Source: Octopus sinensis (lineage: Eukaryota). Taken from it: 64,000 bases of DNA. The stretch lies in assembly GCF_006345805.1 (NCBI RefSeq), contig NC_042998.1, forward strand, positions 118,420,001 to 118,484,000, given 5' to 3'. This document shows, piece by piece, positions 1 through 11,244 of this stretch. The notes under the pieces were generated by a model, which worked only from the letters and a program-made list of their open reading frames with translations, was not told the DNA's origin and ran no database searches. Numbering within the stretch: position 1 is the stretch's first letter; every line of letters begins with the position of its first letter. The position numbers were made by a program, and so were the translations under genes.

Positions 1-169
1 ATAGCATGACATAAACACATCCGATGGGGCCTCAATATAACCACAATACAGACTAGACATTACTAGACAGACAGAAACGTGATGCTACCGTTTCTTAAAT
101 CATCCAATTAATAAAGAATATGAAACCTGAAATTATTGATTAGGTGTCAAAAATCTTTTCTAATATAGC

Positions 170-345
170 CACGACGCCTGAAGTCTGTTTTGTAGGGAGG
201 GGTTAGTTGATTATATCAACCCCAATACTCAGCTAGTACTTTTCTATCCCCAATGGATCAAGGACAAAGTCTAATTCGGTGGGATTTGAAACCAGAACAT
301 AAAGTGATGGAGGAAATGCCACGATGCATTTTCACCGACGCGTTT
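170..345 (-). mobile_element. Degenerate tRNA-derived SINE fragment
   Basis: Diverged match to the SINE copies at 7150-7393 and 35649-36042 (B-box-like GGTTTCAAATCC on the minus strand, followed by the shared core). Confidence 0.45.
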
Positions 346-789
346 TGGGGGTCTAAAGTGAATTTGAACAACGGAAAAGCTTGGATTACATTTAACTAGA
401 GACCCGAAAAGACCACATTTCTTGAGATATATTTGTAGCATTTACCCTGTTATCATTAGTTATATAAGAGAAAGCATTAACAAAAATATCTGATTATACA
501 CATCTTTTTAATTATTAAAAACAAAGAGTTTATTATATTCTAGTTTACACGTTTCGTGTATTAGTAAATCAATTCTCTTAAATAAAGTATTATCTCGATA
601 ACGATCTGTGTTATGTTTGTATGTTAATAAGTGAGTATATTTATAAATAGGAATGAACAAAGAATAAAACAAACCACACATTTCACTTGGAGTAGATATA
701 AATCTATACGAATCGAAAACGTATACATATAATGAATATAAATATGCACATACATGCACATATACATATACACATGTACATGTATATAT

Positions 790-790
790 T

Positions 791-846
<56 letters not shown>

Positions 847-885
847 TATATGTACGAATGAATTTTTGTATGCATGTATATATAT

Positions 886-918
<33 letters not shown>
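790..918. repeat. (CT)n/(TA)n microsatellite
   Basis: Direct reading. Confidence 0.95.
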
Positions 919-923
<5 letters not shown>

Positions 924-1646
924 TTTGTATATAGGATATATCCTTTTGCATATAGGATATTTTGTACAAATATAATATAAGAAACAAATACAGTGCTAAT
1001 AGTATTACTGTATTATTTTTTTTTTGCCGAAGTGTAGATAATCCATATTATCTGCGGATAATTTCAAAATCGGATTGTGTATTCGAAAGTACAAGAAATC
1101 AATGATAAACGATCTTGTTCATAGGTTTTATATTCAATTTTTAAATACAAATTTCAACTATCGGAGAGTAAAAGTATTGACACCAGTGAAATAATATAAA
1201 ATCATTCGTCAAGTATTATAAATCAAGATTTTTCAAAATCATTAAACAATGAAAAATATTTAATCTTTGAAAGATTTGTTGGAAGACAAACTTAAAGTAA
1301 AAGATACAACAAATATATGGAATTATCATAAAATACGAACTAACACACACTACTCTAAGCGACATTTTGCATATCCGAAATTTAAATACCGAACTGACAG
1401 AATTCATAACTCTGCAATAATATTGCACTCATGTCAATACCATACTGCTTCAAAGACGGATACTAATAGTTGTTTTCTTTTGCTCTTTTGTAATAAGATC
1501 ATAACTAATCACAGAAAAAGACATTTAAGAAATTCGCATACTTATAGTGTAAGTAAATATATGGGTTTTTTGTAGCAATCAATACAAAAATTCGCACAAA
1601 ATATGAAGATTTTAATTAAATCTATGCACACATATGCATATAAGGC

Positions 1647-1647
<1 letters not shown>

Positions 1648-1702
<55 letters not shown>

Positions 1703-2044
1703 CTGTGTGTGAATGTGTGTGTATGTGTGTATGTGTGTGTGAATGTGTGTATGTGTCTATGTGAGTGTGTGTATGTGTGTACATAAACTCAAACTGACAC
1801 AAATATTATTGATATAGTTTACGTGGTGCTATACTACTACTCATGCATACAGGTGCACATACACACATACTTACATACATACAGATACATACATACATAC
1901 ACACATACTTATATACATACAGATACATACATACATACATACATGCATGCATACATACATACATACATACATACATACATACATACATACATACATACAT
2001 ACATACATACATACATACATACATACATACATACATACATACAT
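1648..2044. repeat. Compound (TA)n/(TG)n/(TACA)n microsatellite
   Basis: Direct reading; explains the spurious MYVC/HTYI ORFs in the track. Confidence 0.9.
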
Positions 2045-2054
2045 GATCCGAGTC

Positions 2055-2200
2055 ATTGATGTAAAAATCTGAAAAATACTAAGAAGCACACAGAATTTCC
2101 AAATAAACAGTGACGTAGACCGCCTCTACCTAAAACAAAAACAAGGCGAACATTGATCCAAAATGCCTTTGAATGTCGTGTCATTTCATCAGCTAAAATT
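2055..2200 (+). mobile_element. Short decayed R4/Dong-like LINE RT C-terminal remnant
   Basis: Translates IDVKI*KILRSTQNFQINSDVDRLYLKQKQG, then LIQNAFECRVIS in a shifted frame. This matches IDRKTRKILTGSRMHHPKSDIERLYIQRIEGGRGLIQ in the 12265-13203 ORF. Confidence 0.55.
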
Positions 2201-3010
2201 TCTGTTACTGTGTCTGGAAGAAGTTTGCGATATCCGCATGGAAATCGTAAGGGTTCAGACAATACAAGACGAAGATAAGTCTTATGATTGAAAATACCGG
2301 CGGCGTTAGAAAATTCTTGCAAATGAAAACAAATAGATCTAATATAAAAGATTGTTATGAAATACTAGTTTGAAACAGAACAAATAATTACAATGGTGTT
2401 TTTAACTTAAGACACAAACAAGGAAAATTACTATAGGAAAGAGAATATATATAAAAGACATTCGTCTGGAGACAACGTGATGAGAGAGAACTACTGGATA
2501 CGTGAGGTTAGCGCGATGACTGAAACAAAAGGCTGACGGAAAGAAATAGCTTGTAGTACAAAGTAAGGATTATTCAGTATAGTTATTACATGTGTGCACT
2601 TGTGAATATGTCTTTATGTGAGTATCTTGGTGTATGTGTATGTTTGGGAGGTCGTCATATGTGCAGTAGCTGATGAAATATTTCCTTACAAACTATGATA
2701 GGGTTTTCAAAAATTGTCCATTTTATTATGTGCCAAATTTGATTATCATATCTATTCCCTTAGATAGAAACTATAGAGAATCTAAACCAGCCAACATTAC
2801 TTGGATGATCCTACACCTATAGCTTAAAAATTGGTTACGTAATTGTTTTATTGTGGAATATAAATCTCAGCAGTACATTCGAATTTTGATGTCCACTTTC
2901 TGCGATTTAGCAATTTTTATCAATTTAAATTTTGGGTTTACCCCCTTATCATGTTTGACTAAAAAGTATTAAGCTAACTCCACAACAGTAATTTTAATGA
3001 ATCAAAAAAT

Positions 3011-4775
3011 TTTCGCTTACGCTATATAATGGTTTAGCATTGGATTCAGTTCAAAGGGTTTGATCAATATATTATCAATTTCTTAATTTATTTGTTAATC
3101 AGTACCTTTTCATATAGGGAGTATTCAAATCCTTTGAACACGAGCGATATTCATTTTACTAGCCTTGAACTCATGGAGGGTTCTGTCCCGTTTTTCTTCC
3201 TAATTTAACCATGATAATAATATCATGGTTCAGAGAACATTAATATTCAATATTAGTATATTAATAAAGTTAAGGTTTATAACAATATTATTACGTTACT
3301 AATAATGCACAAACGTTGTCTTGTGTATCTTCAATATTTATATTATTAAAACCATTTAAATTAGCACAAAATAAATTTGCAATAAAAAGCAATTACGCTA
3401 TATTCACGAAATGGCATATTTAACCAAATGTATGAGATAAAGATTTAATTTAAATATTAGGGATAACAATGTTTTGAAAATTGCTTTAAAATTGAACTGA
3501 ATTAAATTTATTTGTTTATAAATAATTAAATTATTCCATTTAGAAAGCGGAATTTGAAAAAAGCTTCTTTTAAAATAGAACTATTTCATTTTATCTCATG
3601 TACATATAACTGGCGACATTTAGTTCAGATTTCTACCAAAGCAAAATATTGCAACGAGTAAATTTCCATATGATTCTCGATCTGTCAGAAATGGCTGCTA
3701 ACTTACCCTCAATCAAAACCAAATATTTAATAATGAGCAGCAGATTACACATCACTACAAGGCTGCTAGAATGCCTTGGATCAGACATCTGTTCCAACAG
3801 AGTTGACGGGGAGCAAATCTTCATAAGCAGCAGACATAAGAGAAAGTACGTCTCTTCGCTTTGCTATGAAGTAACAAGTACTTACCCTGAACATTTTGAA
3901 AAGAAAAAAATTCACATTGGATCGTTTGTACCTAGATCTCCTTAAAATAGATAAATTGGCCCATGCTGGAAAACTTCTGATCGTTGATACGCATGGCATA
4001 ATGATTTGGTAGTAAACAACTGCACTGAAGAGAAAGCATTTAGAAAAGCAATACTTAGAATATATTTTAATGGTTCATGACGTAATCATGAAATGTTCGA
4101 AATACTTCGAAAATGTTTATATGTTTCAGATTCCTTTGGCTAAATCTTATTATTATGATCGGCTTCCAGAATAATTCTTGTACGTTCCAGCCCAGGTCTC
4201 GCTGAAAAACAGAAGTAAAATATAAATTCGACTGTAAATATAGAAAGCAAAACGTTTGTACAGAAATTAATTTCATTCTAACAGGTAATAATTTAATACT
4301 TATTTTGGGATCAAAGAGGAAAGAATTAAATATAAACACCTTTAGCTGTGGCAATGCTGAATTTCGAGAATATAATCCTTTCTTCCGTGTATAAATGCAA
4401 CATCGAACATTTACACAGAACGTAACTGCGTTGTTATTATAAGTATCATATTTATACGCTGCAGTTGCCACATAGCTACTTTTCAATTGGGATGGTTTTA
4501 ACGATATAATATCAAAGTTATAGAAATATTATTGTGGTACATTATAAATACATCTTGAAACATACTATTTAGTATTTTGGATTTCAGTACAGATAGTAAA
4601 CGTCACAATATGAGCAGAGGAGATAGTATTCAGACATAGGTAAGTCGAATTCCTACTAAATGCAAGGAATATAGCTGTTTTCCAATTTAATTAGCATTAT
4701 GGTCGTCATGACCGTTATAATTAAGGTGATGGATAAGGCTTGCATCCTTTAGGCGATATTAGAGTTTTATGTCTT
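3011..4775 (+). pseudogene. Possible decayed endogenous viral element, bunyavirus-like L (RdRp) polymerase core
   Basis: Motif-like strings in the expected order: LRYIMV (3017-3034), LIMSSRLHITTRLLECLGSDIC (3727-3792), GFNDIISKL (from 4494), HYKYILKHTI, MSRGDS (4610-4627), IKVMDKACIL*AILEFY (4720-4770). Frameshifts and stops are needed; motif A is not clean. Confidence 0.35.
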
Positions 4776-5140
4776 TGGAAGCAGGTGTGTGGTTAAGGAT
4801 ATTACTTTGTAACCCCGTGGTTCCGAGTTCAGTCCCACTATGCATCCCCAGGGAGGAGTGTTTCTACAATAGCTCCAAGCCAACCAATACCTTGTGAGTG
4901 GATTTGGTACTTGAAAACAGTATGGAAACCCCTCATATTATATATATATATGTGAGTGTCTTTGTGTTTTTCAGTCCCACCTTCTACCGCTTGGCAACTA
5001 GTGTTGGTATTATTTACGTCCCTGTAACTTAGTATTTCAGCAATAGAGCCGGAGAGAATAAGTACCAAATTTAGAAAATAAGCAATAAGGCGGATTTGTT
5101 TGGCTAAACACTACAAGGCGGCACCCTAGCATATCAACAT
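4776..5140 (+). mobile_element. tRNA-derived SINE (diverged)
   Basis: Head TGTGTGGTTAAG...GGTTCCGAGTTCAGTCCCAC, internal (TA)/(TG) tract, core GAGAGAATAAGTACC; same family as 33037, 41215 and 42451. Confidence 0.8.
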
Positions 5141-5392
5141 TCCTATGAATAAAATTAGTAAGGAGATCAAAATAAGACAAATTATGAAGGAAGGATCACG
5201 AGCTATTTAACAAAATGTGCCATTATATAGAATATATTTGAATATTTGTGTGGAATTCCCATGCAGCATATTGATAAGTTGGCATAAATGATTTAAATGA
5301 TTCAATTTCTACACACCCTACTTTATCACAGTCAAAACCGTACTATATGTGTAAAATAAGTAGAAACGCCACGAATCAAAATGACAAACTCA

Positions 5393-5657
5393 ATGAATAC
5401 AAAACAAACTGAATATCCCACTTCCGTTACAAATTTTTACAAACTCTCAAATTGAAAAAATCTGTTGTTATCCGTAACCTTCCACAAAGCTTTGCTGCAA
5501 TTAAGATCGGGGATAAAGGCTTCTCTTATTAATAGGGAAATATTTCAAGCGTATTTAGAAAGTAAATCTCAAGAAAGCTGAAATGAAACCTATATTTGAA
5601 GTACTATTCTTCGCCAAGTTAATTTTGTTGTTCTGCATACAAACACCACATAAATAA
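5393..5657 (+). repeat. 265-bp direct duplication, copy 1
   Basis: Identical to 7584-7848 except for one substitution near the start. Confidence 0.95.
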
Positions 5658-7149
5658 TCATGGTACTTACATTAAATTGTCTACAGCATCAGTTAGCTTG
5701 ACGTTTCCGCACTCGTAATAATATCTCAAAAGTTATTAATCAGTAATAATTGTATGTGACATTGGTTTTTTATAAAATGAAGATGAGCAAGTCGACAGCA
5801 TGGCAAATGCCTTCAGGTACCTCGCATATTAATGCTAAGAGCTTTTTCAGCCCAAAAGCTGTTCAACTACATATCTGTTGCAGTACTACAGCCAAAGAAA
5901 CTTTCTAGTAATTATGAAATAAGTAAATAAGTTATTCACGACCTGGAGAGATACAGAGCATACCTCGTGTATCACAACTTGCGAGATGTTTTGCCTAACA
6001 AATGTCTACTTAGATCCTTGCCAAAAGATAGCTATAAATATTTCGATCCCAACTCCACACCTGATCAATCAATATAATCCGTCAAACACTGCCCATCTCC
6101 AAGAAAAACTTTGCAACCAGTTTCTTTGTAGGAAAACACTCTTCAGCTGGGCCCAGTGGAGCAGTTTTGACTTAACTAGTCGACCTATCAGAATATACAA
6201 ATTTCTTTGAATTTGAATTATAACCTTTTATAAAATATGCAAGGCAAAATTGATCATATACTTTTAGATAAAATAAGTAACACTACAAAACCGAATGGTC
6301 ACATCTATACAATTTATTATGTAGTATATATTTTGAACCAAGCTTCATGAATAACTGAAAAAGAAATGTATTTACAATAATTTCAGTCCAATAAAGCAGC
6401 CGGTCAGCATGACATGTACTTTAAAGCTAACTTGTAACATTACCAAATTCTTCAATCTCTTATTGTAAAAATAGAAGCGCTGTGGAATACATATACCCAA
6501 CAAAGATAAACATTTCTAAACGTTGGTTAAACGATGAGCATGGAATTGCTTCATTATTGTCTTACAAAGCTAATAATAACTCACGTTGCTTTTTACTGAA
6601 ATACAGTGCCCTTTAGATATACTTATGCCCTAAAAGCGAACGCGGCATAATGGGAATTTGTTCGAAATGCTGAACAGTATTCTCATTGCTTGAAGTTGAG
6701 ATATGTTATCCACGTAAGGGGTACCTTATTTAACCCAGCCAACAATACTCATTTCTCACATTCAAGTAGAATCAACAAATCTGTTTTCAACCTTTTCTCG
6801 TTGGACATTAGCAACTGCATAGTTTAACTGCAGCGAGTTTACTCTTCTATGACAATTACCTTTGGTCTCTCGTACTTGAGAATATGGCAAATACAGTGTT
6901 ACTGCACTCAGCCTCGAAGCTACCCGTTGTCTCTTATGAACTGACAGATATTTTGTTCATTCGTCTGTGACGTCTTGGATCAAAGACTTCATGTCTGACT
7001 TCATCATTACACACTGCTGGGGATGGACTTCATTACAGCTCATTTTCTATTCATTTTGATGTACTTGATATTTGTAACTGACTATCAAAACTATGTACTG
7101 TCATTAAGAACAGAAGCATATGATACAAGGAATCGCTCGCATTTAACCT

Positions 7150-7393
7150 ATTTTTTTTACTACCCACAAGGGGCTAAACGCAGAGAGGACAAACAAGGAT
7201 AGACAAACGGATTAAGTCGATTATATCGACCCCAGTGCGTAACTGGTACTTATTTAATCGACCCTGAAAGGATGAAAGGCAAAGTTGACCTCGGCGGAAT
7301 TTGAACCCAGAACGTAACGGCAGACGAAATACTGCTTAGTACCGCAAAGCATTTCGATCGGCGTGCTAACGTTTCTGCCAGCCCGCCGCCTTA
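7150..7393 (-). mobile_element. tRNA-derived SINE
   Basis: Minus strand starts TAAGGCGGCGGGCTGGCAGAAACGTTAGCAC, with B box GGGTTCAAATTCC and core AAATAAGTACCAG. Confidence 0.85.
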
Positions 7394-7583
7394 TAACCTG
7401 TCACATTGAAATGTCATGTACGGAAGACCTACAAGCATGATTACAAAAAATACTGAATTCTAGAACAAATATCTTAAACCATTTTCAATGGAAAATATGT
7501 CAAACATATTTCTTCATTGCATTGTGTATGTTTCTTCATTACAGCCCGTATAACTACCATCGAAATGTACCTACACTCTAATG

Positions 7584-7848
7584 ATGAATACAAAAGAAAC
7601 TGAATATCCCACTTCCGTTACAAATTTTTACAAACTCTCAAATTGAAAAAATCTGTTGTTATCCGTAACCTTCCACAAAGCTTTGCTGCAATTAAGATCG
7701 GGGATAAAGGCTTCTCTTATTAATAGGGAAATATTTCAAGCGTATTTAGAAAGTAAATCTCAAGAAAGCTGAAATGAAACCTATATTTGAAGTACTATTC
7801 TTCGCCAAGTTAATTTTGTTGTTCTGCATACAAACACCACATAAATAA
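7584..7848 (+). repeat. 265-bp direct duplication, copy 2
   Basis: Matches 5393-5657 at an offset of 2191 bp. Confidence 0.95.
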
Positions 7849-8739
7849 AATCTACAAATAATCTACATTCAAGTGAGTAGCAAAGTTTCAATACCAAAAT
7901 TTTCAACTACCATTAGCTTTGTGTTTCCTCTCTTCCATTAAGATAGATTATGTTCTTATAAACTACGGGCCGGTATACATAGCTCACACAGAGGGACTTG
8001 ACCTATGTATGCATCTTTTTTCTGTAAAATTTTAGCTATTCATTGTGCAATAAAGATTTCAATCATAAATCAACTGCTCATAGATGTTAGGATCTTGAAT
8101 ATGTATATTTTTCTGAAACATAACCATTTACAGAAAATGAATACATATTGACGAACATGTCACCAGGTTACAGTTGGGATATAAATAACAACTGGAACAG
8201 TACTTTCGGCACAGCCTGACAAATCTTAAGCCAATGCATCGACATCGCCACTAATGCCGACAGAAGCAGCAAAAACAATGCCAGCAAAAATGAAAACAAT
8301 TAACAGCAACAGTGACAGCACCACCAAGACGCCAATAAATTGCAGTGACAGCAACAATTTGGACAACCACAAAAGAAAGAAGCAGCTACAATAAAAACAA
8401 AAGCATTCTTAGGAGGACGAAAATAATAAATCAACAGCAACAGTACCACGCCTACAAATGCAGCCAACATTACCATGGCTACTGTCACCATTAATACTAA
8501 AACTATAAAATAATGGCTATACCGTGACTAGCAAACAAATAGTTGACAGCTTCGCTTACGCGGTTCAAATGGGAGATTTAGATTTTATATCATCGAAGGA
8601 TTTGCAAAGTACTGGCCAGTTCCTAACCAATTTTGGACAAACATTATATAAAATGGTATACTAAAGCAATCTTAGAGACGTGCAGTAGTACACCCAAAAT
8701 GTGTATTATATACAGTTGATAGGATCGAGATCCACAAAA

Positions 8740-9180
8740 GTGGCCCAAGTGACACAACACGAAATTGAAAAGCGTATAAAGGTTTTAAACCAATTTGACG
8801 GATCCAAACATACTCTACTGCAGGCAAAAAGTTTGACAGAATTGAAGTGAGATCCCCAACCGAGAAGGAGACCAGAAAGCGTTATATAACATCCTAAAGG
8901 TGTGGTGAAATCCTCGTCAAACCATTTTCGATCTGATGGAGAGAGGGAAATAGACATCGGCTGGATACTGGCAACTGTTATGCTCCATACAAAAAGAAAA
9001 TTGCCCGGGTACAATATTGGAGATACTGCTCCAAATTTGTCAATAATAATGGAAGTCATCCCAGACGTGATGAATCTGTCAGTTGGCTTGCGACTATCAT
9101 AGAGGTTGTGATTAAGAAACCAAAATGTCCGTTATATTGTGATCCAAGCTTTCTAAGAGTTTTCAATTCTCAACGCAAAA
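8740..9180 (+). pseudogene. Decayed L1/Tx1-like ORF1 remnant
   Basis: Fragments YKKKIARVQ..IGDTAP..DESVSWLATII resemble NKRVTKVQIKNIPLEVETQWLVSAI in ORF1 at 23310-24677. Flanked by similar ACA/AAC-rich low-complexity tracts (8200-8520, 9200-9700). Confidence 0.35.
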
Positions 9181-10061
9181 AGTGAGAAATACAGAATCTC
9201 CGCAGCCGACGCCGCTATCACAAAGTAACGATACTGGGAACAGGAACAACAGCAATATTAGCAATAAAGTGTAACAGTAGTAGCAGAAACAAAGACAGAA
9301 ACAATTGCAACAAGATAATCGATTCCCGCGAAAGAAGTATCAACAACAGAAACAACTCCAACTACAGGGGAAACATCAGTAATAAAAACAACAAAAGGAA
9401 CACAGCTCTCAAAGACTACCCCATTGCCTACAACAGTGACAAGTGCAACAGAAAAAATGTGCGCAATAGACAGAAATGAAAATAAGAGGAAAAAAAAAGC
9501 AATATAGCAAAACACTGTTGGTTCCGAATGTGCCATCAAGATACATTTAAATTACAATACATTATCACCAGCTTCAACTTCCATTCCAAAACACCAACAT
9601 TCTCAGCACCATTACCATCATCACCAGCACCACCACTATCACCACAGACACTTTCAACAGAAAACTACTGATACCTTGGATAATACCCTTGAATATAACA
9701 TATAGCGTTATCTTTGTAACAGAACTCTTTCAAGGTAACAAACACAATTTCCACTTCTATCACAATCTAAATTTCAACATATTCAAGAAAAACATACCCA
9801 CAAAGCAACTTCAAAACCCCCGAGCATATAAGTAAACAACGAAAGAACTATTAACTCGTATACATCAACAGAGAAACAATACGCAGAAAGGTTTCATCAC
9901 ACGAGTACATCCTAAACACCGTACAATAAATAGCGGAGAGACTATAATAAAAATATTTGCAGAAAAAAGAATTGTGGAAACGTTCAAAAATCACCAGACA
10001 GAGAGACCGGCCAATAAGAAACACGTGTTATCATCATCATCATCATCATTATTATTATTAT

Positions 10062-10595
10062 TGAGCGAGAGAGCTGCGCACTTCATCAAAGTGACACTTG
10101 AGTACAATTATACGATGACCAATATACCTATCTTGACTACCCGTCTGATAAGGATACATCTGCACATGCATCAGAAACATATGCGTGCGACATTGTGATC
10201 TTATATCGAAATTAACAGTGCATGACCTTGCAGATGCGGCCCATTTAACATTTATTTCCTTCAAGTCGAGTAGCTCATCCCCCTCAAAAAGTCCCAGAAA
10301 AAAGGGTTTTTTTTTAAGGCTGACGAACGAAGCACCATTGTTTCCAGAGGTGAATTATTCAAATCCCAAAGAATATATCTCAACACATCGCTATAATGCA
10401 TCCCCACTATGTCTGCCAAGGGACATGCTCAACTGGTTAAGATCAAACAACTGACAAGCAAATCTGTGGTATTGAGGAGAATATTTGCTGTAACCTATCG
10501 TTTATACCAAGACAAAACAATGTACATGATAACACTTCCAATCAGTTAAGATCAGGAGCCATGAGAGCCACTGCCTGGTACTGCATCAGGGCATT
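10062..10595 (-). mobile_element. ~540-bp non-coding interspersed repeat with (AAT)n tail, older copy
   Basis: Homologous to 10623-11181 and 48267-48824; more diverged and with internal deletions. Confidence 0.85.
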
Positions 10596-10622
10596 TATTA
10601 TCATTAATATTATTATTATTAT

Positions 10623-11181
10623 TGAGTGAGCGAGCAGAGCATGCCATCAAAGTGACACTGGGGTAAAATATACGAAGCCCAGTATACCCATCATGACTAC
10701 CCGTCTGAAAAAGGGTACACCAGGCACATGCATCACAACCATATGTGCGCGACATGGTGATCTCATATCAAGATAAACAGCACATGACCTTGCAGGTGGA
10801 GCTCAGTTAGAATTTTCTTCAGATCGAGTAACCCATCCCGCTCAAAAAGTCCCTGAATAAGGGTTGTTTAAGGACGTTGAACGAAACACCCATGTTTCCA
10901 GAGGTGAATTATTCAAACCCCAAAGAATCCTTCTCAACACATGGCTATGATGCTCCCCCACTACTTCTGCTCGTGATCAGAGATGCACATATCGTCAGCC
11001 ACTAAGGGACACGCTCAATTGGTTAAGGTCAAACAACTGACAAGCAAATCTGTGGTATTGAGCAGAATATTTGCTGTAATCTATCTTTTATACCAAGACA
11101 AAACAATGTACATGATAACACTTCCAATCAGTTAAGATCAGAAGCCATGAGAGCCACTGCCTGGTACTGCATCAGGGCATT
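10623..11181 (-). mobile_element. ~560-bp non-coding interspersed repeat with (AAT)n tail
   Basis: Near-identical to 48267-48824; starts AATGCCCTGATGCAGTACCAGG on the minus strand; (ATT)n on both sides. Confidence 0.9.
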
Positions 11182-11198
11182 TATTATTATTATTATTA

Positions 11199-11241
<43 letters not shown>

Positions 11242-11244
<3 letters not shown>

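Noticed and set aside
508-2089. Many 60-100 aa ORFs rich in Y/I/H/T/M/V/C (here and throughout the window)
   Set aside because: They are translations of (TA)n, (TACA)n, (GATA)n, (TG)n and (ATT)n microsatellites.
5700-5750. Minus-strand CTGATTA...GAAACGTC hammerhead-like string
   Set aside because: Core mismatch and no stem I or stem II pairing.
5393-7848. LTR retrotransposon defined by the 265-bp repeats
   Set aside because: Identity extends beyond possible TG..CA ends; no TSD, PBS, PPT or gag/pol motifs seen.
11120-11181. HDV-like or hammerhead ribozyme at the 5' end of the 560-bp repeat (GCCCTGATGCAG..)
   Set aside because: No room for P3, and no GAAA core partner.
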